Source: Bugula neritina (taxonomy: Eukaryota; Animalia; Bryozoa). From it: a DNA stretch of 64,000 nucleotides. The notes beneath the pieces were generated by a model. That model saw only the letters and a list, made by a program, of their open reading frames with translations, searched no databases and was not told the DNA's origin. Where the stretch lies: positions 186,001 through 250,000 of the forward strand of contig OZ037766.1 of the NCBI GenBank assembly GCA_964035545.1, written 5' to 3'. The translations under genes were made by a program, and so were the position numbers. Shown here piece after piece: positions 26,001-39,000 of the stretch (the stretch's first letter is position 1; each line of letters starts with the position of its first letter).

Positions 26001-29000
26001 AGTTATACTCTAATACATACCGTACTGTATAGTTATACTCTAATACATACCGTACTGTATAGTTATACTCTAATACATACCGTACTGTATAGTTATACTG
26101 TATAGTTATACCGTATAGTTATACCGTATAGTCAAGAGTGGAATAATGTAACGACTGTTCCTTTTCAGCTGCTTTCACTTCAGGTCAGTATTCTGCATGA
26201 TTCTTTTAGTAGTACAAGCACTGGGACTAATACTACTAGTACTACTACTACAGGGACTAATACTATTAGTACTAGTACTACTACTACTAGTACTGGCACT
26301 GGGACTAATACTACTAGTACTACTACTACTACAGGGACTAATACTACTAGTACTACTACTACTACTACTAGTACTGGCACTGGGACTGATACTACTAGTA
26401 CTTGTAGTGTTATACAGTGTATGTACTACATCTAGTGGTACTACCACAGCTGCGCTAATAAAGCTCTCCAGTGCATGCAGATTCTTGAATCTATTGTATA
26501 ATATTTAGTCTCCCAGCAGATTAACTTACTTCTCTCACGATATTAACTTACTTCTCTCACGATATTAACTTACTTCTCTCATAATATTAACTTACTTCTC
26601 TCATAATACTAACTTACTTCTCTCATAATACTAACTCAACAGTACGCAGTACTAGATAGAAGACAACTCCCAACTGACAAACTATTCAATTAACTGACTA
26701 TTCATCCAATCCGAGCTTCTATTCACACAGATACGCTAATCTATTCCTATCCCACTGCAGATTTTCATACTGGTGGTGGGTTTCACTATATTTCCTGGAT
26801 ATTTGGGGTCGCACGGTGCTTAATATGTCATTGAATTCGCCTTATTTCTAGCAATTTCCTAGTTGAAACATTTATCTATAGACTTTATGAGATCATATTA
26901 TACTTACACTTCTTATCACATGCTAGAGCATGGAGTTTAAAGTTTTATTTGTTTTCTCATTAAAAAGTTGGTTGTATGTTTTATATTGTCCACAGCTCCA
27001 GTGTACTGTTTGGTTTGTGATATTTCTTAGAGTTATCTTCTCTGACATGCGTTGTCTCCTAGTCTCTACTCTCTCAGTACAGCTAACTGTGTGTCTCGCT
27101 AAGTCACAAATCTGTCTTTTACTGGCACTATTTCATGGATCATAGCACAACCTCTATACTGTCCCTACTCTACACTCTCTACTCTACACTCTCTACTCTA
27201 CACTCTCTACTCTACACTCTCTCTACTCTACACTCTCTCTACTCTACTCTCTCTACTCTACACTCTCTACTCTACACTCTCTCTACTCTACTCTCTCTCT
27301 ACTCTACTCTCTCTATTCTACACTCTCTCTACTCTACACTCTCTCTACTCTACTCTCTCTCTACTCTACTCTCTCTCTACTCTACACTCTCTCTACTCTA
27401 CACTCTCTACTCTACACTCTCTACTCTACACTCTCTCTACTCTACACTCTCTCTACTCTACACTCTCTACTCTACACTCTCTCTACTCTACACTCTCCCT
27501 ACTCTACTCTCTCCCTACTCTACACTCTCTCTACTCTACTCTCTCTCTACTCTACTCTCTCTCTACTCTACACTCTCTACTCTACACTCTCCCTACTCTA
27601 CACTCTCTCTACTCTACTCTCTCTACTCTATACTCTCTCTACTCTACTCTCTCTCTACTCTACACTCTCTACTCTACACTCTCTCTACTCTACTCTCTCT
27701 ACTCTACACTCTCTACTCTACACTCTCTCTACTCTACACTCTCTCTACTCTACACTCTCTACTCTACACTCTCTACTCTACACTCTCTACTCTACACTCT
27801 CTACTCTATACTCTCTCTACTCTACACTCTCTACTCTACACTCTCTACTCTACACTCTCTACTCTACACTCTCTCTACTCTACTCTCTCTACTCTACACT
27901 CTCTCTACTCTACTCTCTCTACTCTACACTCTCTACTCTACACTCTCTCTACTCTACACTCTCTACTCTACACTCTCTACTCTACACTCTCTACTCTATA
28001 CTCTCTCTACTCTACACTCTCTACTCTACACTCTCTACTCTACACTCACTCTATTCTACACTCTCTCTACTCTACACTCTCCCTACTCTACTCTCTCCCT
28101 ACTCTACACTCTCTCTACTCTACTCTCTCTCTACTCTACTCTCTCTCTCTACTCTACACTCTCTACTCTACACTCTCTCTACTCTACACTCTCTACTCTA
28201 CACTCTCTACTCTACACTCTCTCTACTCTACTCTCTCTACTCTACACTCTCTCTACTCTACACTCTCTCTATTCTACACTCTCTCTACTCTACACTCTCT
28301 CTACTCTACACTCTCTACTCTACACTCTCTCTACTCTACACTCTCTCTACTCTACACTCTCTACTCTACACTCTCTCTACTCTACACTCTCCCTACTCTA
28401 CTCTCTCCCTACTCTACACTCTCTCTACTCTACTCTCTCTCTACTCTACTCTCTCTCTACTCTACACTCTCTACTCTACACTCTCTACTCTACACTCTCC
28501 CTACTCTACACTCTCTCTACTCTACTCTCTCTACTCTATACTCTCTACTCTACACTCTCTACTCTACACTCTCTACTCTACTCTACACTCTCTACTCTAC
28601 ACTCTCTCTACTCTATACTCTCTACTCTACACTCTCTACTCTACACTCTCTCTACTCTACTCTCTCTACTCTACACTCTCTACTCTACACTCTCTCTACT
28701 CTATACTCTCTACTCTACACTCTCTACTCTACACTCTCTACTCTACTCTACACTCTCTACTCTACACTCTCTCTACTCTACACTCTCTACTCTACACTCT
28801 CCCTACTCTACACTCTCTCTACTCTACACTCTGACATCATGGCACAACCTCTACACTCTCTGACGTCACATCAACATGTTAGTTTTAGCCACGGCGGTTT
28901 TAAAAACCTTCAGATTTAATATCCACCCTTTTGTAGTAGTTGTCTGCCCCTAGTGTTATGGTTTACCTCCAGCTGAATGCATGCATTTGAATTTACTCTT

Positions 29001-32000
29001 TTATTACTAATAATCCAAGTCATTGCACTAACCTACTTCCTGTTGACACATAACTAGTCTACTTGTACTGGCTGTACGGGCAGCACCCCCTAGTGGTGCA
29101 GTCAGCACCCCCTAGTGGTGTAATAACTCTTGTCTTGTTTCTCCCCAGACCTAAAAGAGTCGAGTAGTCGAGCAGACGGAAACGCTGACTGCACGGATGA
29201 GTCAGACAGCACTTCCTGTTCGGAGAGCGAGGAAGAGAGGGGGTCAGACGAGAGAGTGTCGACTGAGCAGCTCAATGTGACCCCCACAGAGACGACGTAC
29301 ACGGAGAATGGAGTAGACATGCTGACCAGCAGCAGCGGCCCTCTGGCTGAGGAGTTCGCTGATGAGAATAAGAATATTATCTGGTGCCTCATGAAACAGG
29401 TGAGTCGTGATATGATATTATATGATATATACTATGATATATACTAAACTATGATATATACTATACTATGATATATACTATACTATGATATATACTATAC
29501 TATGATATATACTATACTATGATATATACTATACTATGATATATACTATACTATGATATATACTATACTATGATATATACTGTACTATGATATATACTAT
29601 ACTATGATATATACTGTACTATGATATATACTATACTATGATATATACTATACTATGATATATACTATGATATATACTGTACTATGATATATACTATACT
29701 ATGATATATACTATACTATGATATATACTGTACTATGATATATACTATACTATGATATATACTGTACTATGATATATACTGTACTATGATATATACTGTA
29801 CTATGATATATACTGTACTATGATATATACTATACTATGATATATACTATACTATGATATATACTATACTATGATATATACTGTACTATGATATATACTG
29901 TACTATGATATATACTGTACTATGATATATACTGTACTATGATATATACTATACTATGATATATACTATACTATGATATATACTGTACTATGATATATAC
30001 TGTACTATGATATATACTATACTATGATATATACTGTACTATGATATATACTGCAGGTCAGACCCGGCATGGATCTCTCCAAAGTAACTCTTCCAACTTT
30101 TATACTTGAGCCTCGATCTCTACTTGAGAAGTTTGCAGACTACTACTACCACTGCAATATACTCTCTAGGTAATATATATTACTATAATATACTCTCTAG
30201 GTAATATATATTACTATATTATACTCTCTAGGTAATATATATTACTATAATATACTGTCTAGGTAATATATATTACTATATTACTATAATATACTCTCTA
30301 GGTAATATATATTACTATAATATACTCTCTAGGTAATATATATTACTATAATATACTGTCTAGGTAATATATATTACTATATTACTATAATATACTCTCT
30401 AGGTAATATATATTACTATAATATACTCTCTAGGTAATATATATTACTATAGTATACTGTCTAGGTAGTATATATTACTATAGTTTATTATTGATTCACA
30501 GAGCTGCCAGATGTGATGACGCGCTGACCCGTATGAAGGAAGTGGTCAGGTGGTACGTCTCCGGGTTCTACAAAACTCCGAAGGGCGTCAAGAAGCCGTA
30601 CAACCCGATTCTGGGTGAGAAGTTCCGGTGCTACTGGCTGAACGAGGAGACTGAGAGTAGAACCTTCTACATAGCTGAGCAGGTGTGTGTCTAGTCTACA
30701 TAGCTGAGCAGGTGTGTGTCTAGTCTACATAGCTGAGCAGGTGTGTGTCTAGTCTACATAGCTGAGCAGGTGTGTGTCTAGTCTACATAGCTGAGCAGGT
30801 GTGTGTCTAGTCTACATAGCTGAGCAGGTGTGTGTCTAGTCTACATAGCTGAGCAGGTGTGTGTCTAGTCTACATAGCTGAGCAGGTGTGTGTCTAGTCT
30901 ACATAGCTGAGCAGGTGTGTGTCTAGTCTACATAGCTGAGCAGGTGTGTGTCTAGTCTACATAGCTGAGCAGGTGTGTGTCTAGTCTACATAGCTGAGCA
31001 GGTGTGTGTCTAGTCTACATAGCTGAGCAGGTGTGTGTCTAGTCTACATAGCTGAGCAGGTGTGTGTCTAGTCTACATAGCTGAGCAGGTGTGTGTCTAG
31101 TCTACATAGCTGAGCAGGTGTGTGTCTAGTCTACATAGCTGAGCAGGTGTGTGTCTAGTCTACATAGCTGAGCAGGTGTGTGTCTAGTCTACATAGCTGA
31201 GCAGGTGTGTGTCTAGTCTACATAGCTGAGCAGGTGTGTGTCTAGTCTACATAGCTGAGCAGGTGTGTGTCTAGTCTACATAGCTGAGCAGGTGTGTGTC
31301 TAGTCTACATAGCTGAGCAGGTGTGTGTCTAGTCTACATAGCTGAGCAGGTGTGTGTCTAGTCTACATAGCTGAGCAGGTGTGTGTCTAGTCTACATAGC
31401 TGAGCAGGTGTGTGTCTAGTCTACATAGCTGAGCAGGTGTGTGTCTAGTCTACATAGCTGAGCAGGTGTGTGTCTAGTCTACATAGCTGAGCAGGCGTGT
31501 GTCTAGTCTACATAGCTGAGCAGGTGTGTGTCTAGTCTACATAGCTGAGCAGGTGTCTAGTCTACAGGTAAACACCTACTCTGTTGACAAAGTGAAACTA
31601 CTCTGTTGACAAAGTGAAACTACTCTGTTGACAAAGTGAAACTACTCTGTTGACAAAGTGAAACTACTCTGTTGACAAAGTGAAACTACTCTGTTGACAA
31701 AGTGAAACTACTCTGTTGACAAAGTGAAACTACTGTGCGTTTGGTTCACAGATATCCCATCACCCCCCAGTCAGTGCCTTCTATGTGACAAACAGACAAG
31801 ACGGGTTCAGCATCAGCTGTGCTGTCCTGGCTAAGTCTAAGTTCTACGGTAACTCAGTCTCTGCCGTGATGGACGGGGTGGGCAAGCTGACCTTCCTCAA
31901 GCTAGGGGAAGATTACTCCATAACTATTCCATATGGCTATGCGAAGGGAATCATCATTGGCTCTCTCACCATGGAGTTGGGAGGTAAAGTGTCCATAGAG

Positions 32001-34963
32001 TGCGACAAGACGGGCTACAGGACTGAGCTGGAGTTTAAACTCAAGGTGCGCTATGCTACTCTATGCTATAGAGTCTACACTATGCTATACTACTCTATAC
32101 TATATACTATACAGCATGCTATACTGTTGTGGTGCTGACTTTGTAGCCATTCATGGGCAGCAGCGATTCCTCTAATAAAATTTCTGGAAAAATAAAGTTT
32201 GGGCATGAAACCTTGTTTACTCTGGATGGTAGGTGGGACCAGGAAGTCTTCCTCAAAGATAAGTCAACTGGGGTAAGAAATTAGGCTATTATATATTCTC
32301 TTACTTCTAATTAAACTACATTTTTTCTCGTTCTAAATGTTAGCCTGTGTTTATAGCACCAAGAAAGTCTGTGGCGGGTGGACAATGAGACGCTGAGTAA
32401 CAGACTGAAGCGATTTACTGTACCTCTTGACTGTCAGGAGGAGTTTGAGTCTGAGAGGTGAGTCACTTCACCCTCTCTGCAGTCTTGTGTGTGTGTAGAG
32501 TGCCTGAGGCTACTCGGGTCTCGGTAAAGTGAAACTACTCGTGTCTTGGTAAAGTGAAACTACTCGTGTCTTGGTAAAGTGAAACTACTCGGGTCTTGGT
32601 AAAGTGAAACTACTCGTGTCTTGGTAAAGTGAAACTACTCGTGTCTTGGTAAAGTGAAACTACTCGTGTCCTCAGGTTGTGGCAGCATGTTGGAGAGGCT
32701 CTCAGGTCAGCTGACCAGGAGAAGGCAACTCATGAGAAGTTTCTACTAGAAGAAGCTCAGCGTAACGCCGCTAAGGGGAGAAAACTCACCAACTCGGTTC
32801 ATAAACCAGCTCTGTTTGAAGTGGACAAGATGTCTGGGAATTGGATATACAAATATTCAGAGTGAGTAGTGCTACCCAGTACTCAGTACTACTCACTAGT
32901 ACTCAGTCATACTAACTAGTACTCAGTTCTACTAACTAGTACTCAGTCATACTAACTAGTACTCAGTCATACTCACTAGTACTCAGTCATACTAACTAGT
33001 ACTCAGTCATACTAACTAGTACTCTGTTATACTAACTAGTACTCAGTCCTACTACATAGTACTCAGTCCTACTAACTAATACTCAGTTATACTACCTAGT
33101 ACTCAGTTATACTCACTAGTACTTAGTCCTACTAACTAATACTCAGTTATACTACCTAGTACTCGGTCCTACTAACTAGTACTCAGTTATACGAACTAGT
33201 ACTCAGTCCTACTAACTAGTACTCAGTCCTACTAACTAGTACTCAGTCCTACTCACAATACTCAGTCATACTAACTAGTACTCAGTCATACTAACTAGTA
33301 CTCAGTCATACTACCTAGCACTCAGTCATACTAACTAGTACTCAGTCATACTCACTAGTACTCAGTTATACTAACTAGTACTCAGTCATACTAACTAATA
33401 CTCAGTCCTACTCACTAGTACTCAGTTATACTAACTAGTACTCAGTCCTACTCACTAGTACTCAGTTATACTAACTAGTACTCAGTCTTACTAACTAGTG
33501 AAACTCAGACTATGCTGAATCTGTGTAGCCTCAGGCCGTGGGACCCGGTGAATGACATCACGCAGTACGAGCAGAACTTCAAGGTGATGACTCACACCAA
33601 GCACAGGACGGCCCTGGTGCGGCAGATGAGCATCGTGAATGTCAGCAGCAGTGAACAGTCTAGCAGGGGCAAAGGTCGTCACACGCGGCAGCTTAGAGGG
33701 AGAGGAACAAAAGTCAGCGATTCTTCAACCCCTAGTCACGTCTCTGATACTGAAGAGATCGATGAGGGTGAGTCAGTCTCACTGGTACTCTGTCTCACTG
33801 TCACTCTGTCTCTCTGTCACTCTGTCTCACTGTCACTCTGTCTCACTATCACTCAGTCTCACTAGTACTCTGTCTCACTAGTACTCTGTCTCACTGGTAC
33901 TCAGTCTCACTGGTACTCAGTCTCACTGGTACTCTGTCTCACTGTCACTCTGTCTCACTGTCACTCTGTCTCACTGTCACTCTGTCTCACTGTCACTCTG
34001 TCTCACTGTCACTCAGTCTCACTAGTACTCTGTCTCACTAGTACTCAGTCTCACTGGTACTCTGTCTCACTGTCACTCTGTCTCACTGTCACTCTGTCTC
34101 ACTGTCACTCTGTCTCACTATCACTCAGTCTCACTAGTACTCTGTCTCACTAGTACTCTGTCTCACTGGTACTCAGTCTCACTGGTACTCAGTCTCACTG
34201 GTACTCTGTCTCACTGTCACTCTGTCTCACTGTCACTCTGTCTCACTGTCACTCTGTCTCACTGTCACTCTGTCTCACTGTCACTCAGTCTCACTAGTAC
34301 TCTGTCTCACTAGTACTCTGTCTCACTGTCACTCTGTCTCACTGTCACTCTGTCTCACTGTCACTCTGTCTCACTGTCACTCTGTCTCACTGTCACTCTG
34401 TCTCACTGTCACTCTGTCTCACTGGTACTCTGTCTCACTGTCACTCAGTCTCACTGTCACTCTGTCTCACTAGTACTCAGTCTCACTGTCACTCTGTCTC
34501 ACTGTCACTCTGTCTCACTAGTACTCAGTCTCACTGTCACTCTGTCTCACTGTCACTCAGTCTCACTAGTACTCTGCCGCAGCCAGTGATGAGTCACTGT
34601 GTCTGTCAGTTAGTAATAAAATGCTCAGTTAATGTTTAAGTTATTGCGGGTCACTTATCCCCGTCCCTCAGACATCCTCCGGTTCTACTTGCAGGTTCCT
34701 CGACTAAAGACGACTCGCAGCTGCAGCCACCAGACCAGAGAGTGCGTCCCTCTTCCCTCACGGAGGAGTCCAGCCTCAACATCGCCATCTCACGGCAGAC
34801 GTTACAGGAAACTCACGACAGACTGAGGAACCTGCAATCTATAGTTGTGCAGATGGCAGCAGAGCAGCAGCGTGGCATCACCTTGCAGACTCGTGATTGG
34901 TTGTTGCTCGCCCTAATTCTCTCCTTACAAGCATTCCTCCAGTTCTTATTCAGCAAAATATGA
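23001..34963 (+). CDS. OSBPL8: Oxysterol-binding protein-related protein 5/8 ortholog (PH domain, ORD, C-terminal TM anchor)
   Basis: Exons 23001-23158, 23833-23880, 24839-25235, 25547-25741, 29149-29399, 30057-30169, 30502-30682, 31752-32045, 32147-32272, 32357-32457, 32676-32861, 33529-33767, 34695-34963. PH domain ([33 protein letters not shown]), [35 protein letters not shown] signature EQ|ISHHPP, and tail anchor [19 protein letters not shown]. The start codon is uncertain. Confidence 0.93.
23219..23386. repeat. 19-bp minisatellite
   Basis: Unit GTGACATGAGCTGCAGGTA. Confidence 0.95.
23487..23500. promoter_or_regulatory. RFX X-box
   Basis: GTTGCCATAGCAAC. Confidence 0.45.
23527..23720. 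repeat. 28-bp minisatellite, 7 copies
   Basis: Unit ATAAACTCTTCTTCTGTGTCAGCAGCAG. Confidence 0.95.
23905..24818. repeat. 22-bp minisatellite filling an OSBPL8 intron
   Basis: Unit CTACACTACTACTACAGTATCT. Confidence 0.97.
25269..25540. repeat. 20-bp minisatellite ending at an acceptor
   Basis: Unit CATATCAACACGTGTCTATA. Confidence 0.95.
25794..26131. repeat. 30-bp minisatellite
   Basis: Unit TATACTGTAATACATACCGTACTGTATAGT. Confidence 0.95.
27163..28832. repeat. 1.7-kb G-free CTCTA/CACT satellite
   Basis: Units CTCTACTCTACACT and CTCTCTACT; no G seen on the + strand. Confidence 0.97.
29081..29120 (-). promoter_or_regulatory. Tandem pair of CTCF-like motifs
   Basis: CCACTAGGGGGTGCTG twice on the minus strand, 22 bp apart; close to the CTCF core consensus. 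Confidence 0.5.
29408..30053. repeat. 17-bp minisatellite filling an intron from donor to acceptor
   Basis: Unit TATGATATATACTATAC / TATGATATATACTGTAC. Confidence 0.97.
30156..30482. repeat. 31-bp minisatellite duplicating an exon end and donor, 10 copies
   Basis: Unit AATATACTCTCTAG|GTAATATATATTACTAT. Confidence 0.95.
30666..31560. repeat. 29-bp minisatellite duplicating an exon end and donor, 31 copies
   Basis: Unit TCTACATAGCTGAGCAG|GTGTGTGTCTAG. Confidence 0.98.
31576..31734. repeat. 22-bp minisatellite
   Basis: Unit CTACTCTGTTGACAAAGTGAAA. Confidence 0.95.
32510..32670. repeat. 25-bp minisatellite ending at an acceptor
   Basis: Unit CTACTCGTGTCTTGGTAAAGTGAAA. Confidence 0.95.
32878..33499. 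repeat. 20-bp minisatellite
   Basis: Unit ACTCAGTCATACTAACTAGT. Confidence 0.95.
33772..34576. repeat. 16/17-bp minisatellite starting at a donor
   Basis: Unit TCACTCTGTCTCACTG, variants with TAGTAC/TGGTAC. Confidence 0.95.
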
Positions 34964-35563
34964 TCCGTTTCTATTGGCTAGTCGCCAAGCTCTCTACTTG
35001 GTAGTTCCTCACATTATACATGAAACATGTGCTCTCATTGGCTAGTCAAAACTCAGTTTATTTTATTGGATGATAGACTGTAACCCATGATATTACTGGT
35101 CAGTTATAAGCCAATGGCAGTGGCTGTAACATAGCACACTCATGCAAGTTTATATGCTGAAACGCACCAAAGAGTGTGTCCTGTGTCCTTCAGTAGGCCA
35201 TGTCCGTCTGGTTATTAGTGCTACCGTGTAGTGAGTCTAATTTATTATTTTATATGTTCCCATAATGCAGTTAACTGGTGTAGCAATACCATGCTCAACT
35301 ATCTTTAGTTCCGTGTCTAGTTCGAGTGTTAGGAATAAGATGCTGTAAGATTAGGAAACAACCTTCAACTCACGGTATCTCGTGCAATGTGCAACTATGA
35401 TTCAACTTTGAGAGTTGTCAGTCTTGGTGAGAATTTGCTAAACAATCAGTAATATCGTATGTCCTACATTTGTTATTGAATTACTTCATTTTCATTTGCT
35501 TTGAAAATTATTGTAAAAATATATTTATTGTCGTGAGTTGCATTATTGATGTAAAACTACAAA

Positions 35564-35569
35564 AATAAA
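35564..35569 (+). terminator. Likely OSBPL8 poly(A) signal
   Basis: First AATAAA I see downstream of the stop at 34963. Confidence 0.45.
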
Positions 35570-36091
35570 CTATCAACATGAAGACAATGCGGCTTTTCTT
35601 TACCAGCACTTGGCTATCACTGCTTCACTTAGTAGACATATTATAAAGTGCTTGTAAATTTGAGTATACAGTTCATAAATTTAAAACTTTACAAAAAATA
35701 TTATTTCATTGTTATAGCAAGTAATGCCTCTTAATAGTCAAACGCAATAAAAGATTACAAAAATATTCAAAAAAAATTCAAATGCATATTGAGCTTAGAC
35801 AAGTGGACCTGCTTAGAGGAAGTAGGTGCTGCCCCCTACTTGCATTTTGATGCCACCCAATGAACGCATATCTTGAATACAAAACTATAGTTGATATGTT
35901 GAGGTACAGAATCCTAGTGAAGTTCAGCTTATTTTCTACATTTATTCTATCCTACATTGTTAGCCTAAATTAATACTTGAGGTAAATACTGCGTGCATTT
36001 ATAATATCTATTTACCTATATTAGCTTGACCTATATTCCTAGCTGTAACTCAGCTGCAGGCATCACAGTGCAGACGTACTAACGCAGCAGG

Positions 36092-39000
36092 TCACTGCCG
36101 CGCCACGTGTCCAGTCATATGAGGCTCATGGGCAGTGACTGGGGTGGGCCAACAGAAACTGTTGCCACTTAGAAGCATGTCCCTGATGAGCGTCTCGATG
36201 GGGGTCTTCCCCACCAGCCGGATAAAGAAGAGGTTTTCAACTACAGATGGGTTGATAGTCTTGAGAGCAGGTAGTCTCAGGATCAGTCGTCCTGTCCTAG
36301 CTGTCTGGTTGTACTGGATTCTATCATACTCTTCCAGCGAGGTCAAGGTTTTCTCCTGCAGTCCCTGTATCGTGCCGATGTCGTGTAGACCAATCACATC
36401 TGCAGTAAGAATAGTAGATGGCTGAACAGTGTTTAAGGATACAGGATTAACGAGCTGATAGATCGTGTTTCGGAGTTGTCCTTACTTCATGCACTTAGAG
36501 TAGATATTCACAATACTAAACTAACAGCTGTACTACTATAAGCAGACAAGAGTTTACTACTGTAAGCAGACAAGAGTTTACTACCGTACACAGACAAGAG
36601 TTTACTACCGTACACAGACAAGAGTTTACTACCGTACGCAGACAAGAGTTTACTACCGTGCGCAGACAAGAGTTTACTACTATACGAAGACAAGAGTTTA
36701 CTACCGTACACAGACAAGAGTTTACTACCGTACACAGACAAGAGTTTACTACCGTACGCAGACCAGAGTTTACTACCGTACGAAGACAAGAGTTTACTAC
36801 CATACACAGACAAGAGTTTACCTGGTGAGAAAAGAGCGAGAGCTTTGAGACAGCTGAATTCTGCCGAATCAATACGCAGCACGGCCAGCCTTTCCAGTTG
36901 ATTCTGTATGTGTTTTGTCTGTTCCTGGGGGCACAGGCTATTCGGGAGGTACCTGAAGTGAGTCGGTAAACTAGTGAGTCAGTTAACTAGTGAGTATATT
37001 CACTACACAGTCACGTGATGAGAAGAGAGAGTTAGTATATTCACTATACAGTCACGTGATGAGATGTTGGAGTTACCTGCCATCGGCTGAGGAGCCATTG
37101 CTAGACTGAGAGTTAAAGTTGTTGGAGAGCAGAGAGTAGATGTATACGGGTGGGCAACACTGGGCCGTGTTAAGAAGGAATAACTCGGTCCAGCAGCAGC
37201 GCAGCAAGCTGACTTGGTCTATCAGGGGTAACTCTATGAAGAAGGGGATGTTGCGTGCCCACTCTACCCCTGAGAAGAGCAGTCTGGCCGACAGCTCACA
37301 CAGGCTGTCCATTGCCAGATGGGCTCCAAACGCTGGCGGACTCTATAATATAGATACGTAGATTAGTATAAACAGTGTATTAGTATTGGTAACTGAAGTC
37401 AAACTTAGACCAAACACTTGTGACCATCAAATACTCTTTAGTCCAAGGACCTACCTGCACATGGCTGATTGGGTAAGGCTCGGCTCTAAGCAGCACCGAC
37501 ACAAAGTTGCTCATGTAACAGGAGTTTGGTCTAGAGGCATCCATATTGTGATTAGAGTTGATAGGAGGTGGCAGCTGGTAGGAATACTCACTCGGGGAGG
37601 TGGGATTTACTCTCCCTCGCTGAACAGCTGTTCATAAGTACAAGGTATGTTTTCAGCTCATAGCAATTTGAGAACTACTGTCTTCTCATTGGTCTACTTA
37701 GTTAGAGTTTGAGAACTACTGTCTTCTCATTGGTCTACTTAGTTAGAGTTTGAGAACTACTGTCTTCTCATTGGTCTACTTAGTTAGAGTTTGAGAACTA
37801 CTGTCTTCTTATTGGTATACTTAGTTAGTGTTTGAGAACTACTGTCTTCTTATTGGTCTACTTAGTTAGAGTTTGAAAACTACTGTCTTCTTATTGGTCT
37901 ACTTAGTTAGAGTTTGAGAACTACTGTCTTCTTATTGGTCTACTTAGCTAGAGTTTGTTAGCAGTTATTTGTTGTGCTATACCTGAGCTTCAAGGAAATT
38001 ACAATTTATCAAAGTTGATGAAGAGTTAATTAAATTGTTATGTTTAACTCAGAAGGCTAGGAAAGGAAATTGTAACTAAAATCATAGTCCCCTGTTTTCA
38101 TATGAATGATGAATATGATGGCTGAGAGAACTTCAAGGTGGAATCACTCAGTATAAGTACTATGAGTAATATCACTCAGTATGAGTGCTATGAGTAATAT
38201 CATTCAGTATGAGTACTATGAGTAATATCACTCAGTACGAGTACTATGAGTAATATCACTCAGTATGAGTACTATGAGTAATATCACTCAGTATGAGTAC
38301 TATGAGTAATATCACTCAGTACGAGTACTATGAGTAATATCACTCAGTATGAGCACTATGAGTAATATCACTCAGTATGAGCACTATGAGTAATATCACT
38401 CAGTATGAGTACTAGTGATGCACTTACCTTCACGCTTCATACCGGCCTTCAGACACTTTCTTAGTCTACAATACTGACATTGGTTTCGGTGTTGGGGGTC
38501 TACAGCACAGTCCCGACTTCCACGACAAGTGTATGTCAAGTTCCTTCGAACAGACCTTTTAAAGAAGCTCTTACAACCTGAAGAAGAAAATGACAGTGAA
38601 GAAGATAAGGTGTGCCAACATGATCCAGTCTATTCAGTCTATCCCATACTCATCAATACTAGTCAATACTCATCAATACTAGTCAATACTCATCAATATT
38701 CGTCAATACTCACCAATACTCATCAATACCCATCAATACTCATCAATACTTATCAATACTCATCAATACTAATCAATACTCATCAATACTCATTAATACT
38801 CATCAATACCCATCAATACCCATCAATACTTATCAATACTAGTCAATACTAATCAAATGCAATAAATCTCCGAGGGCTTATACCCTAGTAAACAAGTGTC
38901 ATAGCATTTAATAACAAGTGACACATGACAAAATTCCCAGAAAAACTGATAAAGTAAGCATCTCATTCCAACAGCTTACGATCAGTCAGAAACAGGTGTG

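Noticed and set aside
27135-28919. 594-aa ORF
   Set aside because: A G-free repeat cannot encode TAG or TGA; low-complexity product within an OSBPL8 intron.
30666-31560. CRISPR-like 29-bp repeats (also 46817-47617 and 16067-16700)
   Set aside because: Head-to-tail with no unique spacers, no cas genes, eukaryotic intron context.
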